Origin: an uncultured Verrucomicrobiota bacterium
Lineage (GTDB): Bacteria; Verrucomicrobiota; Verrucomicrobiia; Limisphaerales; UBA1100
DNA: 41,950 nucleotides
Reading direction: 5' to 3'
Assembly: GCA_964448875.1 (NCBI GenBank)
Contig: CAYUXV010000216.1
Coordinates: 1 to 41,950 of the forward strand
The translations under genes were made by a program, and so were the position numbers. Below the pieces are notes generated by a model that did not search any database, was not told where the DNA came from, and saw only the letters and a list, made by a program, of their open reading frames with translations. Each line of letters starts with the position of its first letter. Within the stretch, counting starts at the first letter, position 1. Positions 8,718 to 16,347 of this stretch are shown piece after piece.

Positions 8718-9965
8718 GTGGCTACACCAACACCAAGAGAAATCGCCCTTCGCATTTTACGCCGATGGGAGCGGGGTGAAGCCTATGTAGACACACTGCT
8801 TTACCGCGAACTTCCTACAATTACAGGCCGAGACAGGTTGCTCTGTCAGGAGTTAGTTTATGGAATTGTTCGTAGACGCGGTACTCTAGACTGGTTAATT
8901 GAGCAGTTTACGTCTGGACGGCGCCAACCGGCGTTGGTTCAGATGATTCTTCGAATAGGAATTTATCAGATTTTCTGGTTGGATCGAGTGCCTGGCCACG
9001 CTGCTGTTAACGAAACGGTGGCTTTAGCTCGCAAATGCGACATCGGGACTGCTTCTGGCTTCGTCAATGCCGTTTTACGCAACAGCCTTCGCAAGGAGTC
9101 AGCTCTTCGCAAACAACTCGAGGAATTGAAGCAATCTAATCCGTCTATCGCTCATTCACATCCCGACTGGCTTCTGCATCGCTGGCAGGCTCAATGGGGG
9201 GAAGCTGAGGCGACTCAACTTCTGGAATGGAACAATTGTAAACCTCAAAATTTTGCTCGTATTAATTCATTACGTAATCCGCCAGACACTGCATACAAAT
9301 CGACGTCTTTCAATTGGGCCACCGAAAATTTTCTGCGGTTTGACGGAGCTGCTGAATTGCTGCCAGGGTTTTCAGAAGGAAACTTTTATATTCAAGATCC
9401 CAGCACACTCCTAGCAGTTGAGTTGTTAAATCCAAAACCAGGTGAGACTGTATTAGATTTCTGCGCGTCACCAGGTGGAAAGACAACTGCTATCGCCGCA
9501 AGGATGAAAAATGGCGGGCGAATCGTTGCCACTGACATCCATGAAGATCGCCTGACTCGACTCCGTGAAAACTGCGAACGCCTTGGAGCGGACTGTGTGG
9601 AAGTGATGCCGTACGGCACCTATGTGCGCGAACGTTTCGATAGCGTGCTTATCGATGTGCCCTGCTCCAACACTGGTGTGATGCGTCGCCGCGTCGATCT
9701 CCGTTGGCGGCTCCAACCACACGACCTTAAATCTGCAGTAAAAACTCAACGTGACATTCTTCTGAAAGCAGCCCGAAACGTAAAACCCGGAGGCCTTTTG
9801 GTCTACAGTACCTGCAGTCTGGAAGCAGAAGAAAATACGGAGCAGGTGGAAAACTTTCTGTCTACACGAAATGACTTTAAGCTGGAAACCGAGAGGGCCC
9901 TTTTGCCGTTTCGAGATGAAGTTGATGGAGCCTATGTAGCCGCGTTACGTTCAACGCCACTTTGA
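8718..9965 (+). CDS. rsmB: 16S rRNA m5C967 methyltransferase (NusB-like plus NOL1/NOP2/Sun domains)
   Basis: ILRIGIYQ, HAAVNETV, GFVNAVLR, SHP.WL, IQD, LDFCASPGGKT, DVPCSNTG, YSTCS. Start uncertain (8679 or 8718). Confidence 0.92.
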   Translation: MATPTPREIALRILRRWERGEAYVDTLLYRELPTITGRDRLLCQELVYGIVRRRGTLDWLIEQFTSGRRQPALVQMILRIGIYQIFWLDRVPGHAAVNETVALARKCDIGTASGFVNAVLRNSLRKESALRKQLEELKQSNPSIAHSHPDWLLHRWQAQWGEAEATQLLEWNNCKPQNFARINSLRNPPDTAYKSTSFNWATENFLRFDGAAELLPGFSEGNFYIQDPSTLLAVELLNPKPGETVLDFCASPGGKTTAIAARMKNGGRIVATDIHEDRLTRLRENCERLGADCVEVMPYGTYVRERFDSVLIDVPCSNTGVMRRRVDLRWRLQPHDLKSAVKTQRDILLKAARNVKPGGLLVYSTCSLEAEENTEQVENFLSTRNDFKLETERALLPFRDEVDGAYVAALRSTPL

Positions 9966-10871
9966 GCCCAATAAACCGCTTGCAGGTGTGAATGCATCCA
10001 GAAGCACCGGGGACTTCGCTGCCGTTTCGGGAGCCTTGTTTCGAATCACCTGTACCCGCTTCAGAAAATTAGGCGAGAGTTTCGGCCGTAGCTTTTTTAG
10101 GGCGCCGTATTTAGTCCGTAATAATTCCGTCGTTAATGCTGACTTTTCCTTGGGAGTCACAAACACAACATTCCTCGATTCACTTGCAGGGAAATGATAT
10201 ATGTGAGGGAAGACCGAATTCAACGTTGCGTGAAGCGAACCTATATTGTCCGCGCGCCATCCTCCATAGGTGCCGATAACGTTGTATGCCAGCACACCAT
10301 CAGTAGACAGATTGCGATCTACCAGTTCGAAAAATTCTTTTGTTGCAAGATGGTAAGGAATATTCGAACCGTTGCGGCTGGAGGTATATGCATCCAGTAG
10401 GATGATATCGTATTTCTCCTTGTTCTTTTTCAAATAAACCCGCCCGTCACCAACATGCATCTTTAGCTTTGGGCCCTCTTTTACCCCAAAAAAATTTCCC
10501 GCCACTTGAACCACCATCGGGTCGATCTCTGCAACGTCCACGTGGATGTCAGGGTAGTAGTGGCGATATGCCTTCTGTGTGCTGCCCCCGCCTAAGCCAA
10601 CCATTAGCACGCGCTTAGCCTGTGGTTTCCAGATCAGCGGCATTTGCAGAAATTCAGTGTACTCGAAATGCCCCATTAGACCCTTACCCGGGTAATTTGA
10701 CATCTTCGATTCCTGCGATCCGTTGAAGCTTAGTATGCGAAAACTACCACGATCTACCACGGTGATGAAATTGTATTGAGAATTCGCAGAGAAGCGGGTC
10801 TTGCTGGCTGCCACCGTGGGCTGTATCATAGCAGCCATCAACAATAGTCCGAGGATATGAACAGGCTTCAT
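9951..10871 (-). CDS. Spermidine-synthase-like SAM-dependent transferase domain with hydrophobic N-terminus
   Basis: VLMVGLGGG, VAEIDPMV, GDGRVYL, YDIILLDAY, IPYHLATKEFF. Confidence 0.85.
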   Translation of the reverse strand: MKPVHILGLLLMAAMIQPTVAASKTRFSANSQYNFITVVDRGSFRILSFNGSQESKMSNYPGKGLMGHFEYTEFLQMPLIWKPQAKRVLMVGLGGGSTQKAYRHYYPDIHVDVAEIDPMVVQVAGNFFGVKEGPKLKMHVGDGRVYLKKNKEKYDIILLDAYTSSRNGSNIPYHLATKEFFELVDRNLSTDGVLAYNVIGTYGGWRADNIGSLHATLNSVFPHIYHFPASESRNVVFVTPKEKSALTTELLRTKYGALKKLRPKLSPNFLKRVQVIRNKAPETAAKSPVLLDAFTPASGLLGSKWR

Positions 10872-11560
10872 GATTCAATCTCTATTTCAGTTTTCTCTTC
10901 AGGCGGCTCACGATGTGGTGCTTCAAGCCAACGATCCGTCAGAAAACATAGCACGCCCAAGCCCATCGTCAATCCACCCGCAATATGAAACATACTTTCA
11001 TTGCTAAGTTGTGGAACGTTAGTTGCACCTGTTTTCGGAATGAGGAGTACTGGGACAAACACCCCCGCGATGCTCCCCACCGTGCTTGCCGCGTATACTT
11101 TACCTGCTACAGCACCTACATTCTCCACACTGTGCGCGCATAGCCGAATCATATACGGTGCAAGCATGCCCAACACGAAACAGGGCGGAAGAAAAACCAC
11201 CGCGCTTACAACCGTACTCGCCATTACCACGTTGGCTGTCTCCATCCATTGCAATTCAAGCACTGGAGTGCTGATATCCTTCGTGAAATAAATGAAGATG
11301 CCTGCAGGATACAATAACCACGTCAGAAAGGACGCGCGCTTAAATCGATCTGCCAGGCATCCCCCGAGGTAATAGCCACCAGATAGTGCAACCATTACCA
11401 TACCAATCATGGCCAACCACACTTCCTGGGAACTGCCAAAAAACGGGCGCATGAGGTATGCTCCGTACACCTCCAGAACCATTACCGTGAATCCGCCCAG
11501 GAATACCAACACCAGTGCCGCCAACCGACCGGGCCAGCCGATGTGGGCCATCTCAGTCAT
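10868..11560 (-). CDS. Membrane domain of the 'fused MFS/spermidine synthase' type
   Basis: GFTVMVLE, PFFGSS..VW, GYYLGG.LAD, G.VAGKVYAASTVGSIAG; ATGA overlap with the next gene. Confidence 0.85.
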   Translation of the reverse strand: MTEMAHIGWPGRLAALVLVFLGGFTVMVLEVYGAYLMRPFFGSSQEVWLAMIGMVMVALSGGYYLGGCLADRFKRASFLTWLLYPAGIFIYFTKDISTPVLELQWMETANVVMASTVVSAVVFLPPCFVLGMLAPYMIRLCAHSVENVGAVAGKVYAASTVGSIAGVFVPVLLIPKTGATNVPQLSNESMFHIAGGLTMGLGVLCFLTDRWLEAPHREPPEEKTEIEIES

Positions 11561-12428
11561 AGGTTTTCACTTTCAACCCTGTAACTTCCCGTATGACCAC
11601 CGCCATCTCCTCCAGTTCTTGCTTCGTAAGCTTGGTTGCAAATGTTTCCGGCGTCGGACGTGCCACCGTATAGGCCTGCACTTCCAGGATTTGTCCACCT
11701 GCGGTCGTGATGTCATTGAGATGTCCGCAGTAAGATTCTAGCTCCTGTGCACTCATCGGTTCACCGTGCACTTTCAGGAAAAGACTCTGGATCATAATCG
11801 GTCGGGTCTTGGCTGTGTCGCGCAGATTGTCCAGGATACGCTGGAACTTCACCGTAGTTCGGTTCACCAATTGGAAATATTCCTCAGTACCCGCATCAAG
11901 TTTACCCCATACCTCACCATTATTCTCGTCCATCACTTTCAGCCCACGCCGCACGCTAGCCTTATCTAGGCCCGCCGCATCAGTGATAAGCACGATCTTG
12001 GTATTATTTAGGTTCTCTTCGCGTTTCACTTCCGCCACAGCCGCAACCACTTCATCAAAATTATTAATCATTGTCGGCTCCCCATCACCGCTGAAAGCAA
12101 TGTCGCGAATATCGCGAGTCAACCAAGGCACCTCGTCAAACTTGGCCTCCTTTGCCAATCCTCCGTCCCGCGCGAACCCAACCATAGCTCGCAACTCATC
12201 CCGCATTTGCGACAGGTCCACGCCTGAAACCGCCCCTGGCACACGCCGGTCCACCTCACAGTAAATGCAGTCAAAATTGCATACCTTGTCCGGATTTACG
12301 TTTATTCCAACCGAAAGCCCTTGTGAGCGGCGAGAGATGACGGGATAAACAAAAGTAAAATCCGAAAAATGGCGAGTGTGGTCCTGTACCACCGCTAAAC
12401 TACTTTTCAACTCTTCTGTTTCACCCAC
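11553..12428 (-). CDS. Radical SAM Fe-S oxidoreductase (COG0731/TYW1-like family)
   Basis: VYPVISRRSQGLSVGIN, CNFDCIYC, AFSGDGEPT, KLDAG. GTG 12428 follows an AAGGAAGG SD; the track start is 12500. Confidence 0.85.
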   Translation of the reverse strand: MGETEELKSSLAVVQDHTRHFSDFTFVYPVISRRSQGLSVGINVNPDKVCNFDCIYCEVDRRVPGAVSGVDLSQMRDELRAMVGFARDGGLAKEAKFDEVPWLTRDIRDIAFSGDGEPTMINNFDEVVAAVAEVKREENLNNTKIVLITDAAGLDKASVRRGLKVMDENNGEVWGKLDAGTEEYFQLVNRTTVKFQRILDNLRDTAKTRPIMIQSLFLKVHGEPMSAQELESYCGHLNDITTAGGQILEVQAYTVARPTPETFATKLTKQELEEMAVVIREVTGLKVKTYD

Positions 12429-12526
12429 AGCCGCAACATACCCTTCCTTTAGAGTTCTGCCAATGCTCCATGCAAGAATGACGCAAAACGCTTGCCGCAT
12501 ACTTTCTCTCCCCGCAACATGAGCAC

Positions 12527-13015
12527 GTGTTCACCGGCGAGGAAATTATTGAGACCTTATCCGCTCTCGGCCTCACGCATGTCATCTGGATTCCTGACAC
12601 TACCATCGGCAAGTGGGATGCAGCGCTTAAGGGTGCAGAGAATCTTAAACTTGTACAGGTGTGTCGCGAAGGCGAGGCATGGGCCATTGCGGCAGGACTT
12701 CATCTGGGCGGAGCAAAACCCATCGTCTGCATCCAGTGCACGGGCCTGTTTGAGTCCGGCGACTCGCTGCGAAACGTGATCCACGACTACCAACTGCCTA
12801 TCTTTGGGCTCGTGGGCTATCGGAGTTACCTAGATGCCTCCTCGCTGCCGGGTGACACTTGCCTGAAATTCACCGAACCTATCCTCAACTCATGGGCCTT
12901 GAATACGGTGTTCATCGACACCGAGGGAAAAAAGCCGCTCCTGGCCGAGCACTATCGCGATTGTCAGGAGAAACAGGTGCCCGGCATTGTACTGATGGCG
13001 GAGGGCGCCGCATGA
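12527..13015 (+). CDS. Sulfopyruvate/phosphonopyruvate decarboxylase alpha-subunit-like protein (ComD-like, TPP PYR domain)
   Basis: WIPD, CREGEAWAIAAGLHLGG, IQCTGLFESGDSLR, VGYR. Confidence 0.8.
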   Translation: MFTGEEIIETLSALGLTHVIWIPDTTIGKWDAALKGAENLKLVQVCREGEAWAIAAGLHLGGAKPIVCIQCTGLFESGDSLRNVIHDYQLPIFGLVGYRSYLDASSLPGDTCLKFTEPILNSWALNTVFIDTEGKKPLLAEHYRDCQEKQVPGIVLMAEGAA

Positions 13016-13680
13016 GCTTGCACAATGGCGACAGGGAAAAAAAGCGCACGAACTTCGTCCTGTTCGACAACCATCAATTATCAGACACCCTCGCGCAGGA
13101 CGTTGCTATCCTGAGCCAGGCCTGTGATGCGGTGGCCGCACAAGAACTGCTCGCCACCTACCAGAGCGATGAGTTTATTGGCAGCAATGGGAACATCAGC
13201 CAGCGCAATGCAAATGGTGGCTTCCTGATCACGGGCACCCAACTTCCTTCCAAGCATGGCCTTGGCCCTGCAGATTTCGTTCATATTGTCGATTACACCA
13301 AGACCGACTCCGGCTACACCGCCAACTACCACGGCACCCGGCTTCCTTCCTCTGAGTCCCTCATGCACTGGCACCTCTATGAAAGTTTCCCAGAGGTTGA
13401 GGCGGTCGTTCATGTGCACGAATTTAACGACCGGCTCTATGGCAACACTGATCGCTGGCCAGATCTCAAGGTCGTTGAGACTGCACGAAGCGGGACTCCC
13501 GGCACTGTTGACCTTGGCGAAGTGGCACGCGAGGCCTTTGCTGACATCGGCCACTACGTCATTTTAAAGGATCATGTCCCGCCGTGGGACCAACACCGCA
13601 CCGGTGCAGTCGTCCTTGGGCGCACCTTGGCCGAGGCGGTTGGTCGCACCCTGTTTATCCACGAAATCCTACAACCATGA
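13012..13680 (+). CDS. Class II aldolase/adducin family protein
   Basis: GNISQR, FLITG, PSSESLMH..LY......AVVHVH. ATG 13012 overlaps the upstream TGA (ATGA). Confidence 0.8.
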   Translation: MSLHNGDREKKRTNFVLFDNHQLSDTLAQDVAILSQACDAVAAQELLATYQSDEFIGSNGNISQRNANGGFLITGTQLPSKHGLGPADFVHIVDYTKTDSGYTANYHGTRLPSSESLMHWHLYESFPEVEAVVHVHEFNDRLYGNTDRWPDLKVVETARSGTPGTVDLGEVAREAFADIGHYVILKDHVPPWDQHRTGAVVLGRTLAEAVGRTLFIHEILQP

Positions 13681-14288
13681 GTGACCAAGCCATGACCCTC
13701 CCCGACGCGCTGGATGTCATCCACCGCCAGCGGCGTGATGCCGTTGTCATCACCACGATGGGCAGCGCAAGAGACTGGCAACAGTTTGAGCCGCATCCAA
13801 AGGATTTGGTCTACATGCCCTCAAGCATGGGGCAAGGACCACCACTCGGCCTTGGCATTGCGCTGGCCCAGCCCGATCAGCGCGTCATCGTCGTCAATGG
13901 TGATGGTTGCATGCTGATGAACCTCGGTTGTCTGGTCACCATCACTGCGCACGCGCCCAAGAACTTCACCCTCATCATCATCGACAACGGTGTTTATGAA
14001 GTTACCGGCAATCAGGCCACCATCGGTGCAGCAGCCAAGCGTGCCGGCCAGCAATCCGTCAACTACGGCGATTTAGCGCGTGCCACCGGCTTTGAGGAGG
14101 TTTACGAATTCGACGATGTTGAGTCCTGGCGCTATGAGCAGGAAATTATGCACGACGAAGGCCCCATTTGCATCGTACTAAAGACAACTCCCAAGACCGA
14201 AAATGCCACCGCATGCTCTCCCAGTCCCGCACCACAACGAGCACGGAACTTGAGGAATGCACTATGCAGGACGACTGAGACTGCCTAA
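13677..14288 (+). CDS. Sulfopyruvate/phosphonopyruvate decarboxylase beta-subunit-like protein (ComE-like, TPP-binding)
   Basis: SSMGQ...GLGIALA, NGDGCMLMNLG, IIDNGVYEVTGNQ. ATG 13677 sits in an ATGA overlap. Confidence 0.85.
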   Translation: MSDQAMTLPDALDVIHRQRRDAVVITTMGSARDWQQFEPHPKDLVYMPSSMGQGPPLGLGIALAQPDQRVIVVNGDGCMLMNLGCLVTITAHAPKNFTLIIIDNGVYEVTGNQATIGAAAKRAGQQSVNYGDLARATGFEEVYEFDDVESWRYEQEIMHDEGPICIVLKTTPKTENATACSPSPAPQRARNLRNALCRTTETA

Positions 14289-14364
14289 GAGTTTGAAACG
14301 CGGAAAATGTGACAGGCATACACCTGATCTTTTTTTCTTTCGGCACATCCGGCTAAAAGACACA

Positions 14365-14781
14365 TCAGGCACCTTTTGGTTCCTGCCATCCCTGCTCCAA
14401 GGCCCACTTCTCCCAAATCAGATATTTGCGGTAATGCCACCACCACAAAAACCCGCAAATAATCATGAGTCCACCTAATGCAATAAAGGGAACCATGACA
14501 GGCATTTCTTCATCGATGAAAAGGCCTGCAAAAGGAAGCGAACCCATAATGCACCCTATGTAGATAAATGCTTTGGCCAGAGACCTTGTGAATCTGGGCT
14601 TTATCATCAACTTATTGCAATACATGCAATAGTTTTGTGTTAAAGTATAAGATGTCTCTGACGAGGCTCCCAGTCTTCGAACCTTTTTTACCCTGTGGTA
14701 TGTGTGAGCTTCGCATTCGAGACACCAAGGCACCAAAGGATGCGGTTCTTTGGAAACCAATCTAATTGATTGTCGTTTCAC
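14365..14781 (-). CDS. Hypothetical membrane protein with two CxxC motifs and two TM segments
   Basis: CLEC...CMYC followed by two hydrophobic helices. Confidence 0.55.
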   Translation of the reverse strand: MKRQSIRLVSKEPHPLVPWCLECEAHTYHRVKKVRRLGASSETSYTLTQNYCMYCNKLMIKPRFTRSLAKAFIYIGCIMGSLPFAGLFIDEEMPVMVPFIALGGLMIICGFLWWWHYRKYLIWEKWALEQGWQEPKGA

Positions 14782-14839
14782 CTACGACTCCACCCTCCAT
14801 TGACTGCTGGGATTCGTTTCTCCCTTGTCACCTACCTTG

Positions 14840-15088
14840 TTATTTCTTTTCTGCGGCAGGTTTCAGCTTGGCAAGATACTTTTTGGGATCTTTTTGAAAA
14901 TCTTCCAAGCACCCCTTACAGCAGAATTTAACTGTAACACCCTCGTGTACATACACGTAAGGCTCGCCCATGCTGTTCAGTGCTTCGTCAGAGACGATAC
15001 AAGTTTTGATTGGATAATTGTCAGTTACACAACCACTTAACAGTGCAATTGCACAGACCAGCGTCAGGATATGTTTCATGTTTTTCAT
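14840..15088 (-). CDS. YHS/TRASH-like metal-binding lipoprotein
   Basis: Lipobox LLSGC; CIVS...VKFCCKGC...F.KDPKKY. Confidence 0.8.
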   Translation of the reverse strand: MKNMKHILTLVCAIALLSGCVTDNYPIKTCIVSDEALNSMGEPYVYVHEGVTVKFCCKGCLEDFQKDPKKYLAKLKPAAEKK

Positions 15089-15146
15089 TAAATATTTTTA
15101 AGGATTATTTGCTAACTATCAACTCTCGCCGCAGCTGGTGTAGACC

Positions 15147-16259
15147 TTAAAGCGTAAACGCTGGCATATCAACTCGTGCGCCTCCCTGCTCGGCGCTTTG
15201 ATGGGCACAAATGCCCACACAGGTCCAGTTGGCAGAAGTCTTGGCATTGGGCCATGGGTCGCGATCTTCCACTAGTGCGCTGAGGAATTCGTTCACCATG
15301 TGCGGGTGGCTTCCGCCGTGACCACCGCCTTGAACGAAGGATAGGTGATCGGCGTCCTCAATGGATTGAGTAAATTTCTGGATGGGCTCGGGCAAGAGAT
15401 GGGCAAAATCAGGAATGTCCACTTTTTCTGGGATTTCCGCCTCAGGCCGCTTGGCGACGTGCAGGATGCTCGGCTCGCCTTCGACGAGAGTCCATTCAAA
15501 GCTTTTCTTGCTGCCGTACACGTCGATGCTTTCGCGGTATTGACGAGCGACGTCGTATAGGAAACGCCAAATGTGTGCGGAGAGGTCGCTATCCTTGAGC
15601 TTAATGTGGCAGCTTTCCACGGCGAACTTGTTGCCGCTCTTTTGTGCGATGTCGTCTCGCACGGTACCACTTCCAAAACAACTCACGTATTCGGCGAGTC
15701 CATCAACCATACCTAAACAAGGGCTCACCACGTGTGTGGCGTAATGCATGGGAATCATCTCCTCCCAGTAACTCGGCCAGCCGTCCATGTCCTGCGGATG
15801 GCTGGCGGCCAGATACTGGAGCTTGCCAAGCTCGCCCTTGTCATACATTTCCTTGATGAAGAGAAACTCGCGGCTATAGACGACCGTCTCGGCCATCATA
15901 TACTTGAGGCCAGTTTCCTCCACGGCTTTGCAAAGCTCCTCGCATTCCTCGATGGTGGTGGCCATGGGCACGGTACACATTACGTGCTTACCGGCACGCA
16001 AAGCCTTTAGCGACTGTGGGGCATGATCAGGGATCGGTGAATTGATGTGTACCGCATCAATTTCCGGATCCTTCAGCAGTTCGTCGTAATCCGTGTATCG
16101 TTTCTCGATGCCGAACTCATCGGCCACCTTGTTCATCTCCTCTTCATTGCGCCGGCAGACGGCAATGAGATTGGCATTCGGGTGCGCCTGATGAATGGGA
16201 ATGAATTCTGCCCCGAACCCGAGGCCAATAATGGCAATGTTGAAAGTCTTGTCGCTCAT
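15147..16259 (-). CDS. Gfo/Idh/MocA family oxidoreductase
   Basis: IAIIGLGFG, DAVHINSPIPDH, AGKHVMCTVPMA, GGGHGGSHPH. Confidence 0.9.
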   Translation of the reverse strand: MSDKTFNIAIIGLGFGAEFIPIHQAHPNANLIAVCRRNEEEMNKVADEFGIEKRYTDYDELLKDPEIDAVHINSPIPDHAPQSLKALRAGKHVMCTVPMATTIEECEELCKAVEETGLKYMMAETVVYSREFLFIKEMYDKGELGKLQYLAASHPQDMDGWPSYWEEMIPMHYATHVVSPCLGMVDGLAEYVSCFGSGTVRDDIAQKSGNKFAVESCHIKLKDSDLSAHIWRFLYDVARQYRESIDVYGSKKSFEWTLVEGEPSILHVAKRPEAEIPEKVDIPDFAHLLPEPIQKFTQSIEDADHLSFVQGGGHGGSHPHMVNEFLSALVEDRDPWPNAKTSANWTCVGICAHQSAEQGGARVDMPAFTL

Positions 16260-16275
16260 GGATGGAGGAAAAGTA

Positions 16276-16316
16276 GAAAGTCAAAAGAAGAAAGTCAAAG
16301 CGTGCTTTTGACTTTC
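16276..16316. repeat. Direct plus inverted repeat in a divergent intergenic region
   Basis: gaaagtcaaaag (16276-16287), gaaagtcaaag (16290-16300), and the perfect reverse complement cttttgactttc (16305-16316). Confidence 0.75.
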
Positions 16317-16347
16317 GCCTTTGAATCTTCGTGTTCAAAATCGCCGC

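Noticed and set aside
12527-14288. Coenzyme M or phosphonate biosynthetic cluster
   Set aside because: No comA/B/C, PEP mutase or aminotransferase is present in the window, so the substrate cannot be assigned.
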